64,000 nt of DNA, taken from Tubiluchus corallicola (taxonomy: Eukaryota; Animalia; Priapulida). The DNA is taken from NCBI GenBank assembly GCA_030141605.1, contig JAQGDQ010000281.1:62001-126000 (forward strand), written 5' to 3'. A model generated the notes under the pieces. That model made no database searches. It saw nothing but the letters and a program-made list of their open reading frames with translations, and had not been told where the DNA came from. The position numbers were made by a program, and so were the translations under genes. Shown one piece after another: positions 45,901 to 61,900 of this stretch; positions within the stretch are counted from its first letter, which is position 1; each line of letters starts with the position of its first letter.

Positions 45901-48338
45901 GGATTTGGAGATAGAGCCTATTGCCAGGAAATATTGCTTCTGTCACTGTTTGTAACTGCTGTATTTTATTCATTCTATACCAGGAGTGTTTTATATTGTT
46001 CGTTTTCCTTATCTGAAGTCGATATGCAATATTTTGTGAGCTAATGGCTAGAAATAGTGGTTGTAAATGGTTTTCTCTACCATACTATTTTGCTTATGAA
46101 GGGATGATGTGGTATGGTAAAATTTGAGAAATTGTTTTTCATATTTTATGGAAAGTTCCAACTCATTTATTGTTTCATTTTATTCAATTGTTGCTTGTGT
46201 GCTATTTTTACTATAAGTGTAGTTGACGCTTGTTAATTTTCAGGCTTGCAGTTAAAAATTCCATTTGTTCCCATACGCAAAAAGGGAAAACTTCCAGGAG
46301 AACTAATAAGAGTAGAGTTTGACCTGGAATATGGAAAAGTAAGTAGTAGACAATGTTTTTGCATTGTTTTAACTAAAATACTAAATTTGTGCTATAGCCT
46401 TTTATCAGCTTTTCTATTTTAATGCACTTACTTAACACTTAGTTCTCTCTCCACGTGACATTCTCTCTAAACCCTTCTACCTTTGCCATTGCTTTGACCT
46501 CATTCAAACTCCTCCATCCCATGCAACTCCTCTCCACCTCCAATATCCTTCCCCATGTTATTTTTGGTCTCCTTCACCCTTCTTGCTTCCGGTGTCCGCT
46601 CCATCGCCATCTCATGGTTGTTTTCCCTCTGTAGGACGTGTTTAATCCAGTTCCTCTTCCTAATGTCGTCACTTACTGTGCCCTGTCTGCAACCCTCCGA
46701 TTTGTCACCTGCTGCTGCTATCTAATCCTGATATCTATCTATTTCTATGTCTACTCCTCCTCCTATGCCCATTTTAATGCAGCTTGCTGTTAAATTGTGT
46801 ATTGTTCAATTGCAAAAGTTGATTTTATTGATAAAAAGTTGCAGGCATTTGCATGTTTTGCTTTTTTAAACTGATAGAGCTTAGTCAGCATTCTGCAAGT
46901 TGCCATCTGGCACACTCAGCTACGGGGGGTGGGGTGGCTTAAGTCTACTTCATGTTAATAATTTCTAATGTGAGATAATCTGTAATCTCACTCAAAAGTG
47001 AGACACCAAACCAGCAGAAGTGTTAATAAATATTAGTTACGTTAGTAGGTGGCCGAGTTGTTCTAACTACATACAAAAATGTCCAGAGTTGGTTTTCGTA
47101 GTTTCGACGGGTGAATTCGTGAATATTCGAAGAGGCTGCTACATACTTCTGTCATCAGCAGTTGGCTAACTGCCCGCATTTTACGAGCGGCTACATTAAT
47201 AATGCTTTACATTTTGCAAGTCATTAGCAAGTAGATCAGCATCTCTGTTGTTAATGCAGCAAAAAATTGTAACAGGTGCAGTATATAAAAATACTATTTA
47301 CTGCTCATTAACTCGATTAAAGTTCTACGACAGTTTGTCAATACTGGTGAACGTCGCCTTACCGCTAATGCTGGCATAACTTCACGTTCAGTGGTGTCCC
47401 AGATCTAGTGTTATGACAAGGTTTGACTGTAATTTCATTTTCAGGATGTATTTGAAGCTCAGAAGAATTCGGTAAAACCCGGTGATAATGTTGTGATAAT
47501 TGACGACTTATTAGCAACTGGTGGTAAGTCATTTAATTTATGCATTGCACTTTGAATAACTTTTTAGTTTTCAGTCAAAAATGAATTGTTCATAACAGTG
47601 TCTGCATTATTTAAGGCTGATTCGACTCGTCATACAAAAGTGCTTAGGTGAAATCGCGTGGCTTTAAAATAGTAGGTATAATGTATTGGAGTTGTGTAAT
47701 TAAGTTGAAACTAGGTGGAGAGCAATTAATGTAAAAATACAATTATAAAAACACAATACTTTTATATTGTATTCTTGCACATTTGTCCATTTAATTAAAG
47801 TGCAAGTCTGTGGCTGAAAATTTCACCAAAATCAAATTTGCTAAGGTAACAATCTGAGCCTGCACTTTATTAGTGTTGTTTGTTGTCGTTAAAATATCAA
47901 TAAATGAAGTTCGTCAATTTGGTAGCTATGAGAAAAAAACAGAAAAGTTAATAGAAAAGTGATGCCATATAGTGATAAATAACATTGTAATTTGCATCTA
48001 TATGATCTATGTAATTGAAATAAAATTTTCAATCTATCATTCAGTATCACAGCACTCTATGATTGGTTTGTTTTTTTCGGGCACATACTGTGAGCTACAG
48101 ATTCTAACTTTAAACTCTAACTATGATACTTACTTAGTGTATTTGCTGAAACATTAGCTGCATGTAATGTAAATGTTAGCTATACACACTGCTTTCTTTA
48201 GGTACAATGGCAGCTGCAGAAAGATTGGTTAAACAAATGCAGGGGAAAGTAGTGCAGTGCGTTTGTGTTGTGGAGTTGGTTGATCTAAGAGGTCGAGACA
48301 AGCTCACATCTTCCTTTCAATCTTTCATAGAGTTTTAG
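42907..48338 (+). CDS. APRT: Adenine phosphoribosyltransferase, 5 coding exons, ~180 aa
   Basis: Exons 42907-42998, 45651-45790, 46244-46338, 47445-47523, 48202-48338. Motifs [40 protein letters not shown]-binding [13 protein letters not shown]. Confidence 0.97.
43520..43614. mobile_element. Small degenerate hAT-like MITE
   Basis: CAGTGGTGTAGC ... GCTACACGTCACTG imperfect TIRs with internal GCCGCCCC; no clean TSD. Confidence 0.45.
44963..45420 (+). mobile_element. 5' portion of the same Tigger/pogo family as 21027-21955 and 59340-61108
   Basis: CAGTAGGCGTTGCTTAATAGACTCACAG.. terminus with repeated TTGACTCA; segment ccactgcaattac..cccaagaatttctg shared with 59372-59410. Confidence 0.8.
46425..46760 (-). 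mobile_element. RTE-clade LINE 3' end fragment
   Basis: Minus strand gives [16 protein letters not shown]...PE.RR (cf. RTE W.GHV.R motif) followed by a (TAAG)n-like tail. Confidence 0.7.
47040..47429 (+). mobile_element. pogo/Tigger-like element end (TIR GGTTTGACTG|TA), same TIR type as 11854 element
   Basis: GGTTTGACTG-TA at 47420-47431 is the reverse complement of TA-CAGTCAAACC; left boundary uncertain. Confidence 0.55.
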
Positions 48339-48553
48339 GCAATCGTAAATGAAGAAAGCTTAAAAATGCTAAATGAGATTATATTTTAATATGTAATTAT
48401 GGAGCTGTAGTGAATTAAAATTATACATACAGTGTAGTTTTTTTTACAACATTGCTGCAACACCTAGAATAATGTTTAGCTGGCTAACATACTGTTTATA
48501 TTTTCATCCACTTAAGTTGTTCCATGGTTTTAGTCTATTCTAGTTAATAAAAT

Positions 48554-48613
48554 AGGAAATTGGCTGTGATGACATATTGTTTAAGGAAATTGGCTGTGAT
48601 GACATATTGTTTA
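48554..48613. repeat. Perfect 30-bp tandem duplication downstream of APRT stop
   Basis: aggaaattggctgtgatgacatattgttta x2, immediately after AATAAA at 48546. Confidence 0.95.
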
Positions 48614-49972
48614 ATAATTATTATGCCACCTGTTTTTATCTAGTTTTGGTTGGACTACTGAACTCTGAATTAAAATTCTGCTTACTACACAGGGTGCGAC
48701 CTGATAGGCGCTTATGCAATAAATATTTAATGCTTGAACAAAAGTAAAATGTGTGTGCTAGTTTGCTAGAATATTGCACAAATACTCTGAAGAACTCCAT
48801 CACTGAAGTGCCTTGGAATGCAGAAAGAGAGAATTTAGGCCAAGTCACCTAGCAAAGGTGTGATTACATGCTACAATTATTAAATAAAACACAACCTATA
48901 CATTAATATATTTTAAATATTATATTTTGATAGCTGTCCTGTGTGCTAATACATTTGAGTTACAGTTAGACCTCTTCATAATGCGAACCTCTCTCAATTT
49001 GTGGCAAACAACTTGTCTGTATTTGCATAAAGCACCGTATTTGTATACAATGCACCGTATTACAGTGCCAAACTTACCTATAAAGAGGTTTGCCTGTATT
49101 GCAATTGTTTTGATTATAGCAGTATCTACATATCGTGTTAATCAAAAAGAGGTTTCATTTTTATTATTATTTTTGTTTCCTGAAAGTTTTTCATGAATTG
49201 GTTTGATTTGCCGTGATAGGTTATTTATAGATTTTAATTGTATAGCACCCGCATTGGTATAAAGTGCAATTAAGAGCATGTTAATTTTAATAAATATTTT
49301 AATAGAGTTCTAATCCATGTACTAGCATGAAAGTCATCATTCAATATTCACAATTGTTTTGACTATTTAACTAACAATTAGTATTTTGTCTCATTATATA
49401 AGACAACTAGACACACAGAAAACACTTCAAAATCAGTACACAGTAGCTAAAAATCAAATCTCAGCAGAGTCACCAGCATAGCACAAAAATATTGCAGTTT
49501 TGTTTTTTAAACTGCAAAAGATTATTTTGTCACAATAACCCACTTTTTAAGAAATTTAACTGGCATAGCTTTAAAGTTTATTTGATACAATAAGTTTCAA
49601 GTTTAGCTCTTTGTAAGCTGCTTGCTATTAGTATGACAGCCTAAATGTACATGATGCCACTATGAATTCATGTGACATTACAGCTACCTACTTTATAGCA
49701 TAGAAAATTTGCAATAATCAGTAATAGTTCAATCTCATGTTCAGTCTGTGTAACAATGAGAAGCCAGGAAATTCCTTAACACTACCAACTGTAGTTTAGC
49801 TCACAATACCAATAAGACATCCTGTAAATGGTGTAATGACATAATTCAACGTTGCGGTAAGCGTAGCAAAAACTGAAAATGACTCAATTATGAAATGTAA
49901 TGTAAACTACATATTTACACAGATACACTAGTAGTATATATGTATATGATAAGAACGTGGCATGTTGATGTG

Positions 49973-53566
<3,594 letters not shown>

Positions 53567-54035
53567 TGTTAACTTTTGCAATAACGACAAAAATGTGTTT
53601 CACCACTGCCTCGAGACACAATAAACTAACAATAGAATTTACAACTCTATTGCGACAAAATCCTACGCTGTAACTGCGCCGGCACTGAAAGCACTTGCGC
53701 AAAACTATACCACATCCACTTGACTCCGTTCAAGTCGACCCCAATTTGTTTACTACGTCTGTTTCATGCAGCATTGCATGCTTTTAGTCAATGTCTGTGA
53801 CTATCGTTGTTTTATATTGCCCCTAGTTTTTTTAGTCTGTCCTAATTATAGGAGAGATAATTATATCTAATAGTGGTTTTACTGCAGAACAAAACCAAGG
53901 TGCATGATCTTTGTATGACAACTTTTTACTAGTGGTTAGAATGCTTGTTCCAAAATCTTTCAAGCTCAATTCGAGTTCATTCGATTTCACTTTCTGTTAG
54001 AGAATGCTCTCCCCTAATGTTGACTGCGATAATTA

Positions 54036-55850
54036 AAATAATAACAACAACAACAACAACAACAACAGCAATAATATCTTGATGATTTTTTTCTTCTTCT
54101 GTGCCTCTAAACATCTACTGTAGATATGTTGAGTCTCTGTCCTCCAAAGCAGTTTCTTTGTACAGCTAAAATTTTCAACTCTTGTGATGCTATTGTTAAA
54201 TTTGGTTTCAGCTATGGTGGATCTTTAATACTGGATTTCCAAGTTGCTTTTGATTTGTTTGGTGGTCGTTTAGCAGGTTTCAGTGCCTTGTTTAACACTC
54301 ATGTTGCTGATGTTGTTTCTGGCAATCTGATTAAATGTCCTACCCATTTTAAGCTCCTCTCTGATTCTGTTATACATCTGCTTATTGGAAATGATGTATG
54401 GCCATTTTATTTTAAGTTTCTCTGAGTAGACCTCTGTGAAACACCTCTATTTCTGCATTACAGTCAAGTTCCACATTTCACTATTGTCGCAGCCTTGTTT
54501 TCAGTGATAGTTTTTTGCTGCACTGAATTATTTTGAATAAAGCCATGCATTTCTCGTCGTTTAAATTCCTATTTTTTATATCATCTTCTGTGTTAAGTAG
54601 TGATTCCATTCATTTGCAATGTTTCCAGGATTGTTATGTTATGAAACGCTATGTTCCTTTTGAAGTGTTATATTCTTCAGTTTTCATGTTGTTAACTTTG
54701 ATATTCCTTTTTTAGCAATTTTGAGCATTCTTTTTTAACAGTATCTGTGCATAATTTTGAAATGCTAATCCATCAAATTTTGAAATAGTGTTGGTCTATT
54801 AGGAATGGCTTATTGGAATCTGGTGCAGGACATGTGTGATCAACCATATTAAAAGGAAGACTTTCTATGGAGGTGGCATAGTAATCATGATTTGTAGGTG
54901 AAACATCTTCGTTTTAGAGTTCTTTCTACAACGTGAAATGGTGCACAAATGGTGTGACTAAACCTGGTGGCTGAGGCAGTCACCTTGAGAAACAGCTTTT
55001 GAAAGTTCTTACTATAGTATTGCCTAGTTTTACCTGAAGCCTGACACCTTAATAAGCAGGACTGTTATCATGTGTAATTCATGTGGTTTTAAAACTAATT
55101 TTAAATCATTGTATAGTATTTCTTTTTCTACGGTATCAAAAGACTTGCTTATATGAAGCAGTAATGTGTAGCTTTTGCAGCTAAGATTTTTGCAAACATG
55201 ATTAATTCTGTAGTGTTCCTTTCTTCTCTATATGCGGTATAGTGTTGTTTAGTCTGTCATTAATGTGTCTGGTCATACAATTGCCAAAATTTACCTCACT
55301 AGACTTTACAGAATTAATGGCTTTAAGTTCTCTACTGGTCCTTTTTGCTTCTTTGGTTTTGGAGGTGGCAATAGAACTCGTTCCTTAATTTCTTTTTTGA
55401 AAAAATGGATAATAACATCATTTAACAAGTCAGTAATTACTGTGTCTTACTAACCTGGGTCCATATTTTAGTTATTCAGCCACCAATTATCAACGCTTGG
55501 ATTTTTGCTGTTCTTTAGAGATTTTATTGCACAGCACATTTCTTTGTCGTTAGAAGGTGGTTCCATATCTACAGGCTTCAAATCACCCAGAGTTTTCCAT
55601 TTAGCAATACTAAATAATTTTTGAAAGAAAAGTAATTAAGTCTGCTGCTTCTATTTCATTATTTAGTTTTAAATCCATATAGTTTTTCATGTAAACTTTG
55701 TTTTTCCTTTCGGTTTATTTCTGGTTATGTTTCATAATAGCTTTAGACATCTAAGTGGAGTCTTTTTTATTTTTCTCTTCATGTTTGTTTCGTAACAGGC
55801 TTTCTTCTTAAATTTGTTTAATAGTTTTCTTTAGTTCTCGAATCTTGATT
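54036..55850 (-). mobile_element. Decayed non-LTR retrotransposon (RTE/RTEX-like) ~1.8 kb with (TTG/TTA)n 3' tail
   Basis: Minus strand: PKPKKQKGPVENLKP.IL, ISKSFDTVEK.IL, VSQGDCLS, IDQHY.., WKHCK..SLLNTEDDIK.R, KW.GHL.RLP..T.A, RPP; tail appears as (AAC)n at 54043-54067 on + strand. Confidence 0.8.
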
Positions 55851-55985
55851 TAATATTAACTATTAACTGATAAGTAATATGGTCGTAGTGCGCTGAATCA
55901 GAAACAAATTCGTTTCAATAAACATTGGTCACGTTATGACTTGAACATTTTTTTAATTATAAAGTTGCGCCGGTAGTTTACAATC

Positions 55986-58900
55986 ATGGCCGAAAATGAA
56001 GATGATGACGCTTGGTTGTATGGAGGCATGTATACCGTTCCATTGAATCAGTTTGCAAAATTTAATCAATTTTGGTCTAGTCTAGTTTATAATAGCAGAA
56101 TTGTAATAATAACAAAATAATTCATCACAAGTGACATTCACTTTTTTGTATTTTATTATTTGCTACCTAAAATATCGAAATGCTATCTTACTTAGTTTCT
56201 GTCCGTTAATAAGGGTTAAACTACCCGGTAATTCTAAGAAACAAACTTTAGAGGCTATGGCGCCATATAAAAACTTATTCACTGTACGTGTCGAATATGC
56301 TAGACATTCCTGAAAGTTAAGGTTGTGTATTCCCAGTGCTAGTATGCCGTATGCGAATACTTGCAAATAGGTGAAACCTGTACTGTAGGCTGTACCTGAA
56401 ATCAGCAAATAGCCTGAGAAAAATGGCAGGTACAGCATATTTTCTAAAGCCCTTTAACGGTGTTAGCTGTATTAGAAATTGTTATGATTATGTTGTTACT
56501 TGCTTTGAAGCTTTATTCATGAACCTGATGCTGACATGCCAATTCCTTCATCTGGCAGGAATGTGAATGACTGACTGATTTCAGATTCAGTTTCAATACC
56601 ATGTATGTTAAGCTTATTAAGTGAAAGCCATTTGAGGTTACTGGACAATGATGAAGTTCACGGCTTTATTTTGAAATCCTGTGCTCTCCATTTTCTCCTG
56701 CTTTCTCTCCTCCTGTTTTACAAATTGCTTGACTCCCAGAGTGCACTCTCAATGTTGACTGTATGTAATGTTAATCCCATCCCAGAACAATCTAATACAT
56801 TCCTTCGTTTGATGATCTTTATCTCATATCTTTGTCAACAGTAATTGTGAAATTGGTTTGTAACTGTTATGGGTTGAGATTTTAGCCTTTAATATTCAGA
56901 CTGAGCATAAGTGTTTATTCCAGCATGGTTTTCTAGCCAAGCTTCATTCTGTAGTTTGTAAGTTGTTACCATGTTTTAACTAGTGGACTCGATTTTCAAT
57001 GACTCTACATTGCCTGGTATTGATGTTCTGTGTCTAAACTATCTTTCTTCAGCTTTTCTCTCTTAAGATGGAGTATTCTAAGAGGTAAACTTCTGAAGTG
57101 GTTCATTTACTTCTTTGTTCATTATTTCTGACATATGTTTGTTCATCTTCACTAAATGGTGCCCTGTTACAAGTGGTACCTCTCAAGGAGCCGTGTGGGA
57201 CCCATATTACTTTCTAATCTTTATTAATGATATTACTGACTATGTTCTCCAGAGACTAATGTTCTGTTATTTGTGGTTGATTTGAAGCCTTCTCATTCAG
57301 TGCGGAGTGTTTTGATCGTGACAAGTATTGAATGCAACATGACTTGGATGAACTTTTATACTGGTGCAACAAATGGTTGGTGACTCTTCAACATAGTAAA
57401 TGCGCTTTACTAAGAATACGCCTTAAATTAACACATATGAATGGTGTTCAGCTGAAAAAAGTTGCATTAGAGATTTAAAATTAATTCTCATGTTAATCAC
57501 CTTATTGCAAAAGCTAACCGTGGCATTGGTACAATCAAGCCACAGATTATGTCAAAAAAGCTGCAGTAATTATTCCTCTCTATAAAAAGTCGTTCGACCA
57601 ATTCTGGAATATACATCTGTCGTATTGTCACCACAGTGTGTTACTTTTGAGCGGGCAGTTAGAAAACTTTAGGATTGATGTGTTCGTCTGTAATATGCAG
57701 TTTACTTTGACATTGATTCATCGGCACTGCCTAGAACCATCGATGAGCTTCCCTGTTTGTGAAAGTGATATTTCTGTATAGGTGTTCCAGATAGCAGTTC
57801 AAAATTTTACTAACTGGGAGGTATGGATACTCGCCTTTTAATAATTGGCAAAGTCCATCCAGTGGTGATTAAGAACTTAACAAATTGTCGTTTGATGCAT
57901 AATACCAGAAAAATTTTGCTCGCCAGTTTCAAACCCGTCTACTTGCATTACACTTCAGTAGTTCCAGTGAGGTTCAGAAGCCTTGTTAGCAGAGTTAACT
58001 TACAAGTTATACATGTAATAATAATCATTTGTAATCTTTATTTCAAGATATTTGATCTGTGATAGTTTATTAACTCCTTTGATGTACAGTTGTTAATGTA
58101 CACAGAACTGTAAGGCATTTATAAAGACTTTTCTTGAAGAATTCTATTATTGTCATTGATTTATGTTTGCCATTTTCAGATGACAGTGCTGATAAAGATG
58201 CTACCTCTACAGACTTCTTGGCACCAGGGTACGTTTTATATCAGTCTAGAACTCTTAACTGCTTAACAAACTGGATATTATTCATTTTGTCTGTATTTTT
58301 TATGTATTTAACGAAATATTATAACAATGCCTTTTTTCTTAACAACTTAGTAAGTATATTATGCCTATTGGAACTACTTAAAACAGGGGTGTACAGACTA
58401 CGGCCCATGGGCCAAATGTGGCCCGTGGTCCATTTTTAATTGGCCCACAGTAAATTCTGAAAATGTAATGGAATATGAACCACACATAAAAACTTGCTCT
58501 TTGCTGTATTGTACTTCTTAGTTTCACCACTAGATGGAGCTACTCCTTTACATAGGTTTGCATAGGCATTTTGCTGCAGGTGACCAAACATGGCCGAATT
58601 GAAGAAATGCAAAATGGCGAGTGCAGAAAATCAATTAATGTTGTTAACATTTTATAAAAAACGTTAGTGGATGTATTAACAAGCCCATTAATTTATTTGC
58701 ATAACAAGTTTGAAATATGCCCATTCCCCTTTATACAAGGCTGTGAAGCTGATCACCATCCAGACTAAGAAGCAATCTAATGATGCTCTTTTGAGAATGT
58801 GCTGTCAGTCATTTTTGTAACAAAATAAATAAAAACCTGAATAAATAAAGAAAAAGCTGATGTAGGCTGTTTTTTCTTTAAGTATGTATTCAGTTGTCAA

Positions 58901-61900
58901 GCACAATTTATATACATTTGATTGATTTTGCTAATTTTAATACACCTGAGGTAAGGCGATATACCCCGCCTGTATTGAGTGGCCCAACATTTGTATAGTT
59001 TTTTTGTATGTGGCCTTCAGTTAAGAAAGTTTGGACATCCCTGACTTAAAATATCATGCAATTGAAGGTGGAGCGTACGTGATTCATGTTACTGGATGCT
59101 AAAATTCCAAACAATGTTTTTGTTGTTTTAATCTGATTTTTTGTTTTTTCAGTGATGTAAAAGACAGTGATGCTAGTGAAAAAAGCAAGTTGTCTGCAGA
59201 TGCTACACCTTTTCAAGGTGAAGCGCCAGTTGAAAATCATCAGGTTATATCATCAGATGCTGACATAGCCGTAGCACCTATAGACAAGGAAGCAGGAGAA
59301 ATCGTAAGTATGGTAGGCCGTGTGTTAATATGCTAGTGTAGCAGTTTTGCTTTGAATCTGTTACCTACTCGACCACTGCAATTAGCCTGATTACCCAAGA
59401 ATTTCTGGAAGTTAAACATTTAATCACTTGTCTAGCTGTTTGCTTTTGAAGCTTTCACTGCTCTTCTCGCTTAATCAGTTAACTGTTTTGCTGTTCTTCC
59501 ACACATACATGTAGAGTAATCAGCCAGTGTTTCTTGTGACTTACAGGAGTAAAATAGAGTAAATAAGAGCATAGAGTTAATGTTTAGAAATGGAGCATAA
59601 GCATAAAAATCTAACAGTTGAAGGAAAACTGAAAATTTTCGAGCAACATGATAAACTTCTGAAGATGAGGTAGCGGCGTAGTTGGAAATTTCCCAAAGTA
59701 CGCTCGGCAGAATTTTGAAAAAAAATCTGAAATTGTGCAGTCAGCAAGCCAAAATGAAAATCTGGCATCTAAGAGATGACACACAGGAAAAGGCTGTGGA
59801 GTGGAGTCAGTGCTAAAACTGTGAATTACAAATGCCAGAGAAAACATGCTCTAGTGAACGGTCCTTTAATGTGACAGAAAGCAGAAGATTTGATGAAGAA
59901 AATGGGAAAGGAGGATTTTGTTGAAATGGAGGGGTGGTTTCACTGATGGAAAGGGCATGAAAATGTCATATACAATTGTACCAAGACGAGGAAAAGTACG
60001 CTGAAGTTCCAGCAGCTGAAAACTGAACAGCAGAGTGGCCAAAAATTATGGCAGTGTATTGACCCGACAATGTTTACAATGCGGGTGAAACAATGCTGGA
60101 TGCAAACTTGAATGTTTGGATGGCAACTGTATTGTTAAATGAATGGTTAGCGAAATGGGATGCGAGCTTAAAGTAAAACGCTTTTTACTGGTAGACAACT
60201 GCACTGTCTATGTAGTCAACATGTCATTGAAACACGTTAAAGTTGTGTTTTTACAGGCAAACACCACATCGCTCATTCAGCCTTGAGATCAAGGCATTAT
60301 TCGAGCACAGAAGGCTTACTACCGAAAAAAATGTGGGCGAGAGTTTTAGAAGCATTGGATTCCAGCGACGTAGCTAATCAATTATGCGCAAATGACCTGA
60401 CTGAAAAAACTAGCCCCTTCAACAAACTGCATTTATTGGCTATGTCCTGGAGTAATGTCACTGAACACATGATTCAGAACTGCTTCAGTCACTAAATGAA
60501 ACTGATAAATTCCTGCATTGTAACAGATTATCCAATCACCATCTGCACCATCTGACATGAACAGCAGCAAATTTGAAACCTGGGTGGAAATTGATTCAGT
60601 TATTCAGGTCACATCTCATTTAACTGATGATGAAATTATAACCATAGCAAGCAGAGGCCTGAATGGACCTCCAGAGGTCGATGAAATCTTTTGTGAGGAA
60701 ACAAGGGCACCACCAACTGCAGCTCAAGCACGTCAAGCACTAAGTATTTCACGAGAATACTTGCATCATACAGCAACAGGTTTTCAATGTTTTTATAATT
60801 ATGAGAACTTTGTGAGCCAACTTCTTCACAAGAAAATGAAGCAGCCGACCTAGAGGGAATTTTTGTAAATAAATAGACTTGTCTGATTTAGAAAAGTGCA
60901 CTTTTTATTTTATTACTAATTCACTTAGATAAATTAATATTTTTGAAATAACTGCACAAATAAATTTAGGCATTACTAAAATTCATTAAAAGCCTTTGCA
61001 GTGCATACTAAGCTGATGATTCATACTTGTATACCAGTAATGCTACATCTGTCTGTTATTGGGTCAAAACTCGCATCCTAAAGTGAGTCTATTTAGCAGC
61101 GCCTACTCTATATGTTTTAAACAGTAATAATTTTTAAAATTTTTCTTGCTATATTTTTTTTATTCTCACATTTCCTTTATCTTTCTAGCATTTTACTTAC
61201 TGATGTGTCGCTGTTTTCAGAGTGGCGAAGAAAATGAAGTTAAAGCGCCCGTTCAACCTGCAGTCACTATTAATGATGTTGATGATGATGATGATGAATC
61301 TGATGATGACGTTCAAGTAACTATTGGCGATATAAAAACAGTGCCACCTTCACAATATGGATTCGGACAAAAACGACCACCATATCAACAGAAAACACCT
61401 GAATCAGGTAATCATAAAGTTTATAAGTAGAAATCTTATTTTTTCTTGAACATACAAAAATATTTTTGAAAATATGGTATTACCTTTTACATGGCATGCA
61501 AATTTTGCTTTATAACATTGACAGGATCTTTCAAAAGCAACTTAACATTGATGATCACCATAATTAAACCTTTGTTGTGAAAGAACACTCAGCGTATTTT
61601 TACCTGGTGTATGTTTTCACTTGGTATTGCATTATATTTTTATTGTATTATTATATTTAAGTAAGATTCATTTATTGTGTGGAACTCTCTGCCGCATTGT
61701 ATTTGCTCTAATTTTAATTATTGCTAGATTGTTAACCAAGTTGGAGAGTTAAAAAAATTTCTCAGATTTAAGAAATACAGTGAAGCTCCACATCTCAAGA
61801 TATTAACATTCTTATGAAAGTTGGGCTGGTTCAGTGAGAAGATAGCGCAGTCTTGCATTGAAATGTTGAAAAATTAGTCGTGCCTGTGACGTACCTACCA

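Noticed and set aside
48566-48613. C/D-box snoRNA suggested by GTGATGA
   Set aside because: Not intronic, no matching D box (CTGA) with terminal stem; the motif recurs only because of the tandem duplication.
59590-60853. Domesticated TIGD/CENP-B-like gene nested in FIP1L1
   Set aside because: Multiple stops, frameshifts and loss of the first catalytic Asp (VYNAGET); it is a dead transposon.
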